Assembly (NCBI RefSeq): GCF_006345805.1 | Contig: NC_043000.1 | Location: 12,276,001-12,340,000, forward strand | DNA length: 64,000 nt | Source of the DNA: Octopus sinensis | Lineage: Eukaryota | Reading direction: 5' to 3' | In this document: positions 51,860-64,000 of the stretch, piece by piece | How positions within the stretch are numbered: the first letter of the stretch is position 1 | How the letters are laid out: the number at the start of each line of letters is the position of its first letter | Translations under genes and position numbers: made by a program | Notes under the pieces: model-generated | Told to the model about the DNA's origin: nothing | Seen by the model: only the letters and a program-made list of their open reading frames with translations | The model's database searches: none

Positions 51860-52810
51860 TGCTTGACTAAAGTTTTGTTTGTTTCTAATGGTTTGGTTGG
51901 AAAGAGCAGTTTATGCCCATGGCATTTGTAAACCTTTCAAGACTGGTGAGATAGATGTAGTTTTCTTGAATTAGAGCTTTTAGGAAATTCTAGAGGGAGA
52001 AAGGACTGGGGAAAGTGGTCAACGTGTGGTTTTGATGGAAAGGCAGAAAAACTATCAGTGACAAGAGGGAGAGATGAGTGAGTTTGGAGGGTGTGGATGG
52101 GGGTTCCTCAAGCCCAGCTGAAGAGCATTTGTAATAGTAAAGGTAGAGTGAGATTACAGCTCATTCAAACCTGAGATTGGAATGTTGACAATCAATTGCT
52201 TGTCAATCAGTTTAGTTACTTTTTGATCAGGTTTGAATGTCTGAGTAGAAGCAGTGTTATCCAAGATGTGTGAACTATAATCCACTGTATAGGGTTATTA
52301 GTAATACAAAGGCCAGTCTTTGTAGTGTCAAGGACATGATATTATCAATAATGGTGAGGTTGAGCATCTGTTGTGACTTTGCGGGGTTTGTTTATATTTT
52401 GGGATGAAGTGTGATATTGTTTTCTTTGTGTGTAATTATTGTTCATTAAGTTGGTGAAGGAGACAATGTAAATTTGGTGTGAAGTGTGTATGTAGTTTGG
52501 TGTCATTTGTATTTTTTAAAGATGTGAGGGATCCAGATGTGCACAAATGCTCCAGTTGTTGTCACAGAAGTACACATTTGTATAATCCGTCCTTGTCTGT
52601 TAAGGGTACCACATAAATTTATCTGTATGCAGTCAAAACTTACATTGCTTTTACAGTAGTATCTTTAAAAGTGTAGTATTTGAAGCATCATTTAGTTATT
52701 ACAGAGTTAACAGGAAAAAACAGAAGTAAAACAAGAAAATATTGTAATTAGTTGTTCTTGCATAGCTTTCAAACAGATTTTATTTTTGAAGTTATATTTG
52801 ATTACAAATT
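51860..52810 (-). mobile_element. Second copy of the unclassified degraded repeat
   Basis: Colinear with 26470-27430. Confidence 0.55.
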
Positions 52811-52956
52811 GTACAATTAATCACCCTGCTTGAATCTCTAGATTATTTTATATATATATGTTTTAGTGGAAGGTTTAAACATTGATCATACTGTCTTTAG
52901 ACTGAAGTTATTTTTGTTGGTGCTAAGTGGTGCTAAATCTTTCACAATAAGGTAAC

Positions 52957-53031
52957 TGCTATGATGGTTTTATTTTTCGTCTCCGAATGTACCATTATCT
53001 TTGGTACCTGTTGATAAAAAATGTCTGAGCA
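52957..53031 (+). ncRNA. SNORD56: Box C/D snoRNA, U56-like copy 6 (subfamily B)
   Basis: C ATGATGG, guide ttatttttcgtc, D' CCGA, stem gtacca/tggtac, D CTGA; external stem ttcacaataa/ttattgtgaa. Confidence 0.83.
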
Positions 53032-56000
53032 TTTTATTGTGAATTTGCAAACATAAGAATGGTTAAGTTACATAGTTTTAGGTTCAATATCGCTGCACGA
53101 TACTTTAGGTTGGTGAATGCCATATGAAGGAATTCAGGTGATAGGAGCTGTGTATGCTCAAGTTTCACACATATGACTATTTTAGTAAAGTGGTGCTAAT
53201 GTTTGTCATGACTATCCACCCTGTGCTTTCATAAACTTGTGTAATAAAGAAATCCCTTAGTTGAAAAACAGGAAGAATTGGCTTGAGGAAGAGCATCTGG
53301 ATGGAAAATCCTGCTTCAACTAACCCTCTGTACAGACCTAGCATAGAAGAACAGATAATGAATAAAAACACACACACATACACACTATTCAAATTATCAG
53401 TAATTCTCTCTCAGCATTTCAGACCCCAGGGTGTGCATAACATCATATGACCAATCTGGCAGTTGATTTATGTATAATTTAAATTTTCACTTAAAAACAT
53501 TAAACAAATTCTGTTCAAAACTAGAGCAAGGGAGACAACCTAAGTTATATGTACAGTGAAAATTGCAGAGTATTAAACAAAAATTTGTAGGATATATTCA
53601 TAGAATATTTTGTAGCTGAACATATTACCATTTTACCCATTCAGCCAATTGTATGATGATATTAACATGGCACCAGGCATATCTTTATTTGAAGCAACCA
53701 TAACTAAACATTGGGTATTATGCTGTACTCCATTATTTACTACAGTATTTTTTGAAGTGGTCAGAAAACCCAATACAAGATGTGTTCATTTAATGTCCAC
53801 CTTTCCATGCTTACAAAGGTCAGACAAAATTCATTGAGACAAGTTTCTTGTGTTTTTTTTTATAACTGGATGCCCTTCCTACTACCAATCTTTTAAATAA
53901 TGCTGTGTTTCCCTTAATGTTTTGAACACAAAACAGAACAGCAGCTAAACATGATTTCTTGGAAGACTACAAACTAGTGATACTATTTATTTGTATGACA
54001 GCAGCAGTCATTTACAACTAGTGCTTGATCTCAAGGCAATAAATGAACACAGGCATATCCCACTCATGTACAAATATACACACGATGGGTTTTCAATTTC
54101 CATTTACCAAAACCAATTACTAGTTATTGGCCAGTAGAAGACCCTTGTCCAAGGCATTGCACAAATTGAACCTAAAGCCATGTGGGTGAGGAAGCAAACA
54201 TCTTAACTGCAAAACACTCTCTCCTTATGTATATATATATATTTAATGGTTTCTGTACACAGAGTTAAATGTATGCCTACTGGTGAATTTGGAGCTCCTT
54301 GTTATCATCTAGTCTACTTAACATACAGTTGTCATAAACAGTTAAATTTAGTCAACCATAACATAAATTTCTGCATTCTATCATGCATTTAAAATCCAAA
54401 TATATATATTTTAACAACCCGAACCACAATCTAATTATCGTTCAGCTGTTACACTGAAGGACAGTCTGCAAAATCAGTATGATATATACTGTTGCAATAG
54501 ATATATTCATTGCTTATAGTTAATTATAAGGACTAACATGCATGTTTAATCTTTACTTAGTTTAAGGTTCAAATTCCATGCAAAGTTAGCAAAACTATAA
54601 GTAAAAATTTCGAGAGCATTTCATAACAAAGATATTTCATATTTAAAAATTTAGGATACTGTGGCATGTGAGAGTACACTAAAATTTTATTGAAACAATA
54701 AAAGTGGAAGGGAGACAACCTTAATTCTATTGTAAAGTGATAAAAACGCCTTGTAATACATAAATTTATTATAGCTATGAAAAAACTTTTCTAGTGGAAC
54801 TTGATAATTTTCGAGAACAGCATTCTATTCTTCAAACAATTACATCCAGATATTAATGCTTCCTTAAACAAGTCTATATATGAAGAGCTTATTTTCAAAA
54901 CCAGATATATACATCAGAATAACTTTTGAGTAATTGAGGAAACGACTTGAATATATCTGATATTGATTGGAAGACTAAGATTTGTCTACTGTTTATATGG
55001 TATCTATCCCAGTTTGACCAAAAAATTTTCACATGCATTTTCACATGCATGAAGCCAGCTTGCAGATTGTGTTTTAATGGTTATCATGAAATTGACCAAA
55101 CATGCACTTATACTGATTTTGAAAGTAAGTTCCTCATATAATGAACCGTCTTCAAACTGAATTAATAGCTGGGAATTTAGTAGTGTTTTTGTTGATTATC
55201 TGAGTTTATTGGTGATAGGAGTTAATGTTATATACATATAAGAAATGCATAAGCTGTATGCTAAACTAAATAAACAGTGACAAAATTTCAGAGAACACAC
55301 AGGCATAAGACCAGTTCTTGGACAGACTCAGGGCAGATTTTGGAGGTAGAGGGAAATAACTGAAAAGGTTGCAAACAACGACAAAAGAACTGTGACTAAC
55401 AAACAACTAATTGATTGCTTAACCAGTGCAATTAAACAAATGATCAATTAGTTAGTTGGTTTGACATTTAACCAATTGACTAATAAAGAAGTAATCCTGA
55501 ACTAATGTGTGTGTGTTATTAGCATAATGACCCTCCCGAGACACAAAATTTGTTTCAACACACAAATTCACACCAAGAATTTTACAAACCAAATGCAAAA
55601 ATGAAATAAAAATGCTTTATAAAATTATTGAGCATGTTGTCTAAAAGTTAAAAAGCTAAAATAGATTTCATGAGATGAGCTCAATTTGATGGAGATGGTA
55701 GTAGAGGTGATGGTTGTTATTTACTAAGTTAGTTGAGCTATAATACTCCACTGTTCTTTACTTCTCACATGTGAGGTGACTGAGGAAGGACTGGAATTGA
55801 AATAACAGCAGGTGAATCATGAGTACCATTAACAGGTGTGGTGAATTTCTGATAGATGAATTGTCTTGAATGAATTAGGTTTCAGTTGTTTACCATACTG
55901 TGTTGCTTCTAAATAGTGTATTCATTCAAGATCCTAAAATATTGAGAACATTATTAAAAATCAGTTTCTGTCAATATACAATGTTAGATGCCCCTCCTAT

Positions 56001-56209
56001 TGACAACCCTCACCTTTTTCCAAGCTAGGTACAATTTCACTTTGGGAGAAAGGAAACTAGTAGCCTTTTTTGATGATGATGGTAGAGGTGGTACCTATGC
56101 ACCATCATTTCGTGATGTCGAGACAGTGGTATGCATACTTGCCCCCCCCCCCTAAATATATATAAATATATATATACACATATATATTGGCACTTGTGTA
56201 CCGGTAATA

Positions 56210-56485
56210 CATGAAAAACAACATTTGAGCGTGGGTGTTACCAGTGCCGCTGGACTGGCTCCTGTGCAGGTGACATGTAAAAATACCATTTCATCATGGC
56301 CGTTGCCAGTATAGCCTGACTGACTCTTGTGCCAGTGGCACGTAAAAGCACCCACTACACTCTCGGAGTGGTTGGCATTAGGAAGGGCATCCAGTTAGAG
56401 ACTCTGCCAGATCAGATTGGAGCCTAGTGCAGCCATCTGGCTCACCAGTCCCCAGTCAAACCGTCCAACCCATGCCAGCATGGAA
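56210..56485 (+). mobile_element. RTE-tail SINE
   Basis: ggcacgtaaaagcacccactacactctcggagtgg...ccgtccaacccatgccagcatggaa. Confidence 0.75.
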
Positions 56486-59041
56486 ATATACATACAGTCA
56501 GATGTTCTGCAACAGGCTTCATGTGTGTGTATTCATTTGTTTCCTTTGATGTCTGTTTTTCCATGTTAACTTGGTTTAGACAGGAAATTATGGATGGAGC
56601 CTTGCTTGTGGATAATCATCACTATTTATTGCTATGCCTAGCATATTATCCCAAACATTCATATGTGCACATGCATGCACACATGTACATAAATTCTTCC
56701 AGTTTCTGCATACCAGATTACTTCAAGGGACACTTTTTGACTTAGCTATTGAAGATGCTTGTCCAGAGTGCTATGCAATGGGAAGTTGTTATGGTTCCTA
56801 TCTTTCTGAGAAGAAAAGGAAGTATGGTATTGGAAAGATCAGAGCAGTGCAGTCAGAAAGTGGGATTTTGAACTGGTAGATTTACGTGTTTCAATGAGAA
56901 GATGGTGGAAGATGTGGGAGAGTAGCCTCCTAGTTAGAGGCTCCATAGCACTCAGCCATATACAACCAAGTACTTATAAATGAGCTTGGTGCAATGCCTT
57001 TCTTTATATTAACAACACAACAACCATCACCTGGCCTAAGTCACAGTACCACATTACCTAAAGCTTCTGCTACACAACCTCCAACATTCTCTATTGTATC
57101 ATTTGCTGACTTTGAAGTACCTTACATTGCAAAACAGGCTTGTCACATTGCTATTAACTTTTGTGAGCATGCATTAAAAACTGACCAACTTGTCATCACT
57201 CATTTCAACAGATTGAGCTATTCCATTACCCATTTATCAGTGTGTGGCATCTCCACACATAATGGATCCATGTGCTCAAAGAATTGCAACAATGATTCAT
57301 ATTGACTCAGAATTTTTTTTTCTTATTCCTTCTGTCCCTACATCTCTTTAGTTCATTAATCCCATTCTTATCCTTAAGCTCTCCTCTCACCTAATTTTCC
57401 ATCTCATCTTCACCTACTTTTCATTTCTTTCCTTCTCTCTCCTACTACTTCTTGTATTCCCCATCAGTTGCAGCCAGTTTCTCTAGCAGATTCTAAGACT
57501 TGTTTTTCATTTGCACACACACACACACCTATATATACTTACATATATACATGCAAACATGTTTATGTAAGCCAATGTATATATGATTCTTTTACTTGTT
57601 CAAATCATTGGACCGAAGCCATACTGGGGGTTTTAGCTGAACAAATCAACTGTAGTCCTCTCCCACCCTTGTTTTAATTTTTTTTTTCTTTTTGACACAT
57701 GGTACATATTCTATCAGTCTCTTAGCCGATCCACTAGGTTTAGGGGATGTAAACAAACCAACGCTGCTTGTCAAGCAGTGGTGCGGAACAAACACAAAGA
57801 TATGCATATGCAAAGACAAATGCACAAACATTTATACAGACATAGATAAACATGTGAAAAAATATATTTGTGGTGCAAAAATGGATTTTTTTTTATAAAG
57901 ATTCCTTTGTAACTACCCAGTTTCAGGTTAATATCACTGTGCTACATCTTTGCAATTTGTCAGTTTGTATAGCCCTTCCCTAACCAGTGCCTTCTCAGTG
58001 AATTACCGAAAAAATCTGGTGTGTGTGTGCATGTAATTTCTGCTTAAGTGCTGATGTTGATATTTTTGTTGAATTTACAATGGTATAGTTATGTGTATTA
58101 GAAAACTTGTGAAATAAAAGATTCCTCTACTTGATAAATAGAAAAGGGCTGGCAATAGGAAGAGCTTTTGGCCGTAAAATCTTGTCTCAACTAAATCTCC
58201 ATCCAAATGCACGCTGGCATGGAAAAACAAACATCAAATAAGTGAAAGTGTGTGTCAATAGATTTTACACATACACTGGTGCAGGCATGGTCATGTGATT
58301 AAAGAGCTTGCTTCCCAACAATGTGGTCTCTGGTCCAGGTTCACTGTGTGGTCTTTTGGGCTAGTGTCTTCTATTATAGATGTAGACTGATCAAAACATC
58401 GTGACAGGATTTGGTTGACGAGAACTAGAAGAACTGTCTGTGTGTATGCGTCTTGTTTTGACATTGTGTAATGGTTGCAAATGAGCAATGTTGTTCAGTT
58501 CTAGTCTTCTTTGAAAAACTTGTCTGGCCATAAAGAAATTCTACCTGGAAACAAATGAGGGCTGGTGACAAGAATTGCATGCAACTGTAGAAAACCTGCT
58601 TCAACAAAATTTTGTCTTGGCCCATGAAAGAGTGAACATTAGACAGTGATGATGACATACATAAATATCTATATATATATAAAGCCATACATGTATGTGC
58701 ATATATATATGTATGTTCATGTACATATGTGTAATGCTTATTTTTTTTTAAGTGTAATTTTGGAAGCATCAACAGTTTACATTAGGTATTATAGAATTGA
58801 CTTGGAAAACTAGTAGAATTCAAAACGATGTGCTGAACTTGAGCAATAACACATGTTCTTGTATAGTTTTGAAACTGATCATATTTTTGAGGTGATACTT
58901 TCTACACTTTCTCATTTTGTGTAATATAGTCTAGTTTGTCTATGTATATCTTTGGAAGACAGACAGTGATTGCAGTTCAGATATTTTAAATGTAAAGACC
59001 AGAGTATTTGTGCTGTTTAACTAAATCCTTCACAAGATAAC

Positions 59042-59116
59042 TGCTATGATGGTTTTATTTTTCGTCTCTGAATGTACCATTTACTTTGGTACTTGTTGAT
59101 AAAAAATGTCTGAACA
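59042..59116 (+). ncRNA. SNORD56: Box C/D snoRNA, U56-like copy 7 (subfamily B)
   Basis: C ATGATGG, guide, D' CTGA, stem gtacca/tggtac, D CTGA; terminal stem has one mismatch. Confidence 0.8.
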
Positions 59117-59339
59117 TTTTATTGTGAATTTGCAAACATAAAAATGATTAAGTTACATTTTATTGTGAATTTCCAAGGATTATCTTAGCTGTGCAGTTAA
59201 GAAGTTCGCTTTGCAATTATGCAGTTTTAGCATTGTTTCCACTGCTACTCTTGACATAGATGTCTTCTCTAGCCCCAGTTTGACCAATGCTATGTGAGTG
59301 AATTTGGCAGACAAACTGTTGTTTGTCCCTTCTTGTTTG

Positions 59340-60300
59340 GCATTATGTACTGTTTGTGACCAAACATCATTATTATGCAAAAAAAGGATTCCTGGATGAG
59401 TGTTTGGAACAGAAATAAGGAAGAACTTATAAGGATTCCTTATATTAATCAAAGCATTTATGAATTAATTCAATTCACAATGGAAGTAAATGAATTGGAA
59501 CTTCCTTTCCTGGACATTTTGGTTATAAAGGAAAATGAGAGTATTGCAACTAATCTCTGCTGCAAATATATGAACACATTCCAATACTGAGACCTTAGAT
59601 TTTGCCATCCATCTCATATTTAAAAGAAATATTCCATTTAATTTGGTTAAATGTACATGTGTAATAGTTATAGACACAGATGAAATATGACTGGAAGAAC
59701 CAAAAATATTCTTCTGGACACCTGAAAAACTTAGTAAATAATGTCATAATCAAAGCAAAGCAAATACCCCTTACTTGCAGACAGACTGGAATTTGTTTGA
59801 AGGGGAAGACGTAAATAAAAACATTCCATTTGTAGTCAGCCACAATTCCAAAAGCTACATTGTTGCCGCTGCCAGTACCGCCTGACTGGCCCTCGTGCCG
59901 GTGGCATGTAAAAGCACCCACTACACTTTCGGAGTGGTTGGTGTTAAGAAGGGCATCCAGCTGTAGAAACTCTGCCTGATCAGATTGGAGTCTGGTGTAG
60001 CCATCTGGTTCGCCAGACCTCAGTGAAATCGTCCAACCCATGTTAGCATGGAAAGGGAAAATGGACGTTTAACGATGATGATGATGACATCGTCTTGCAT
60101 TCAGCCAAATTGATACCTTCCATTTTGACAACAATCTTCAAATCTAAGAAAAATAGTTACAAATTATTTGCAGCAAACACAACCACCAAATCTTGAAAGA
60201 CTCTTAACAAAGGTGAAATTTACATATATTTATAAATTGTCAAAGATAGTTAAATTCTTATGAGATATGGAACAGTGATTCCAAATCACTAACTGGCAAA
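59340..60300 (+). mobile_element. Penelope-like element RT remnant, split by a SINE
   Basis: IQFTMEVNELELPFLDILVIKE, then HxFKRNIPFNL-like, NKNIPFVVSHN and QPPNLERLLTKVKF motifs typical of the PLE RT thumb/linker; many stops and frameshifts. Confidence 0.7.
59845..60087 (+). mobile_element. RTE-tail SINE inserted in the PLE remnant
   Basis: Body as 56210; (GAT)n tail. Confidence 0.75.
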
Positions 60301-63300
60301 TTTATTGACAAAGAAAAATTCCACCTCATAAAGATATGTGAAAACAGCACCCACCCTCCCAAAATTAAGTAATATAGAAGTGGGAGAGAAGATAATGAAA
60401 CCAATGCTTTAGAGAATATAGAAGCCAACTGTAGTCTTCTATAAATTTCTAGGAGAATCCTCCACAGTGCATTAGAAATTTGGAACGGAATGAAACTACA
60501 AAACTTAGAATGCTTACTGACAAGACACACATACTTTCTTGCATTCCAAATAAACTAATTTGGTTTCATTCCTTAACACAACCTGCAGGAGAAGACCACG
60601 AATATGTCTTAATTTTTAGTTTTCCATGGTCTTAGTTTAATGTTGGTGGGAGGGTACTTTCAAAGAGAATTTTTCTAATACCTGCAATGACAAATCAAAC
60701 GTAGATTTTGCCACATTATGAAACTAACAATTAAGGGGAGAGTGGCAGCCCAAGTCACAGAACTGTAAGAAACAAGGAAACAAATGCACCTCATTTTGTT
60801 GTTTCTCATCACAATCTAACAGAAGATATAATGACCAGCAATAAAACAATTGGCTGTGTGAAACAAAACCAAGGGTGATAAATGCTTGCTCATTAGCATT
60901 AATTTCTGCATGGAATGTGTTAATTATTGTGGCTAATCAATTGTTGGAATATGGATTATAGACTGGTTATAGATTGTTTTATCTCTGATTCATTGTTTTC
61001 AATTGAAGTACTCTCATCCAACCAAAAGAGAACAGCTCTTTATAAGGTGTGACTGAATGAAAGAATAGTGGAGACTTCATGAATTATTTGTTAGTTAGAA
61101 AATCATCTATTGATGAAGGGTATACTTATACAAAACAATACATTCTACTTTTATTTGTCTATTATGCAGACCTAGAGGCCTCAATAGTTTCACTAAGAGA
61201 AGTAGAAGCGTTCAGATCCTATGGACGTGGTTGTGTATAATCTAGTTTAGACTATCTTTGTCTTATAATCTGTTAAGATTTTTATATTGTGATGTCTTTT
61301 TCCTTTGCTGTTACATTGAATAAATAAATGTTTGTTGTTTTCCTGTCTTGCTTTGGTTTCTCAACCCCTTGGAGTGGTAGGGGTGCTGCCATTCTAATAT
61401 ACGATATGTCTTGGGCATTTTTAGCCCTAGTGAAGCCTGTTCCCCTCCATGTCTGACCACAGCCACCGCGCACACAAAAAGAATAAGAGAGTGAAAAAGA
61501 ACCAACTCCAGTACATGACTGGTACTTTATTATCAGCCTTGAAATGCAAAGTTGATTTTAGTGGGATTTGAACTCTGTGCGTAGAGAGCCAGTGTGATTG
61601 ATAACTTCAAAGCTGTCTATCCAACACTCTAACAACTTTGCCATCTGACTGCCTTAAATGTGAGGATAAATAAAGAGATCTTTCTAGAGAATTTGAAAAT
61701 AAGAAGCCAAAGCAATAAGGCAAAATTATAACGGATAAAAAGCTTGTCATCAGTTAACATTCTTGTTTATATGTGGCATAATCACAAGTTACTGCCATGG
61801 CTCAGTCCTCAGTCAACCCTGATCAAGCAGATCTATAATCACCAGATTCATTATATCTCTCCTTTTTGAAGTTCAAGCAACCTCATTGAAAATTCCCAAT
61901 TGGTTTGCCCAACAATTGGCAAATTCTACCTAACAGTTATGATTTATACATGAGGAATAGAGGAACGACTAGATGAACTTTCTAAATCTATAGCAGCTTC
62001 ATTAGGGAGAGAGAATCCTAAATCAGAAATTTCTAAAGACAAATTTACATTAACCACTCTGAATAGAAAGAAAGAAACAATTTAGGGAATGTTCTCCATG
62101 AAAAACCAATTCCTTTTTACTGGGCCAGTCAAAATATTTGTAATTTACAATTATGAGAGCTAACACTTAGATACATTATGACAGGGTTTTCGTAAATTGA
62201 TGTTGAGTAGGGGTTCCAGGCTTACCTGTGTAAACATGGCAATTTGAATGGAAAATGTCAGTTAAGTTCTATATCTGTTTCCCCCAAGGATGCATTCTTT
62301 GATTCTCATTTACACATTGTTACATATTTTTCTATAAAATGTTAATAGACATGTGCATGTCACAAGTGTCATTGTTACATGCACCTGTCTCCATTTAACA
62401 TTTTCCTATAAACCTTGATGTATACATATAGATTTACTCATTCACTTCATATATAATTCTTATTCTTGTTTTACCTGTTTTAATTGACTTTATTGATTTT
62501 AGTTGAATGTTTATAAATTATCATAGATCTTTCAGTGAGTGTAATTCTTTTGGTTTTAGTTATGATTGTGTATAAAATGGTGACACCATCTTTGTTTAAT
62601 TTTTTAAGCTAAGTATTCATTTGTTAGTTTTGTTAGGCTCAGGTATGGCTGTGGTTAGAAGTTTACTTCCCAAACACACATCTTCAGGTTCAGGCCCATT
62701 TCTGTAACCACCGGCCAACAAATACTTGTGAGTGGGTTTGGTAAGGGAAACTGAAAGAAGCACATTGTGTGTGTGCGTTACTGTTTGCTTGCCTTCACTT
62801 CATGTGATAAATATGAATGAATGTCACCAAGATGCAAGTGGTGTCCTTCATTTCCAATCTTCCATGGAAACAGTGGTGTGTTTGTTGGTAATGAGGTGAC
62901 ATCCATCTGTAGAAAATTTGCCTTGACAGATTCCATCCAACCCATATGAGTTTGGAAAAGTGGGTGTTAAATAGTGATGCTGGTGTTAATCACAGACATG
63001 TCTTTAACAGTATTTCTGATTTCTTAGGGGTGATTTAAGTTTAATTGAATAATGCATGATGCAATAAAGATTTCAAACATGTCTGCTGTACATATTGAAT
63101 ATTCCAATGTTAATCAGTTTATCTACAGTTGAATTTTGTTTTTCCACTTTTTGTCTAAATCTTAGAGTTAAATGATGAATACTGAATCTGTTTTTTTTTT
63201 TAAGTTATAGTTATCTCAATAGGTGTTATTTACCATCAACACCTGATTGTGTTCTCTTGTCTAAATAGTAACATGAACAGTTTTTTTTTTAAACCAGTAA

Positions 63301-63630
63301 TAATAAAGAATTTATTTGATGGTTTGTAAGATGCACCTCCTTTTCTTTTTTTTTAACCATCAAAAATATAATCTTGGGTCTTATATGTAAAGTTGAGCTT
63401 CTCATAAGCTAATTTTGTCCCAGGTGTCCAACATACACTGCTGAAATTAGGATGCATCTGATATGCTGTGCAACTTTTATGCTATCAAATATGGTATATT
63501 GCTGGTATTTCTATTCATTCATAACTGAGCTGTTTACACGTAGTTGGTTTAGCAATTAGTTTCATGTATAAAATATGCGAAGTTTTAACATTGTTGCTTC
63601 TCTCTAAAATTTTATGTTATCTTTTTTCAG

Positions 63631-63819
63631 TTTCATGCCATGGATACTTTACATAGAAGTGGCTATGACATAGCTAAAGCTGTTACGAGTTTGGTACCAC
63701 AAGGTGGTCCTGTACTGTGTCGGGATGAAATGGAAGAATGGTCTGCATCTGAAGCTAATCTATTTGAAGAAGCACTAGATAAATATGGCAAAGACTTCAA
63801 TGATATAAGGCAAGATTTT
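63631..63819 (+). CDS. MTA1: MTA-like exon (ELM2 end / SANT); gene continues beyond the window
   Basis: [63 protein letters not shown]; TTTTTTCAG/GTAAGT; 189 nt, phase 0-0. Confidence 0.98.
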
Positions 63820-64000
63820 GTAAGTATTCCTTTTTCTTGTTTTTCATTCTATAATTCTATATTATTACGATATATTTTATACTCACTTGAAGGGGTGATA
63901 TTTTGTTGGTTTAGTTTTTTTTTATGAGCTGAAGTTAGGATGTTAGTTGCCAAACGAGCTGAGTATAATGCACTAGTTTTGATATATAATAGATTTTATA

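Noticed and set aside
61100-61130. ttgatgaagggtatacttatacaaaac possible decayed hammerhead near the PLE remnant
   Set aside because: Both core boxes are mutated and stems I and III are not evident

Overview
Eukaryotic, AT-rich, repeat-dense genomic DNA, very probably an octopus or other coleoid cephalopod (inferred from SINE/LINE types and gene structure). Bases 1-21.4 kb are CpG-retaining and built mostly from (AT)n-type microsatellites, a multi-kb hairpin minisatellite (core ATGC-GTAA-GCAT) and nested SINE, CR1-like, RTE, piggyBac and Helitron-like fragments. Two antisense type I hammerhead-ribozyme motifs of the Penelope-like-element kind lie at about 18.9 and 20.6 kb. From about 21.5 kb the DNA is CpG-depleted gene body. 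It carries six + strand exons of an MTA1/2/3-family NuRD subunit (BAH C-terminal part, ELM2, SANT), which splice in frame. The expected first three coding exons were not found in the window, and the gene continues past the right edge. The main hidden feature is seven intronic box C/D snoRNAs of the SNORD56/U56 type, antisense to 18S rRNA UGACGAAAAAUAA, in two subfamilies. One subfamily has a 1-nt shift between guide and D' box that predicts methylation of the neighbouring nucleotide. All calls were made by eye; no searches were run.
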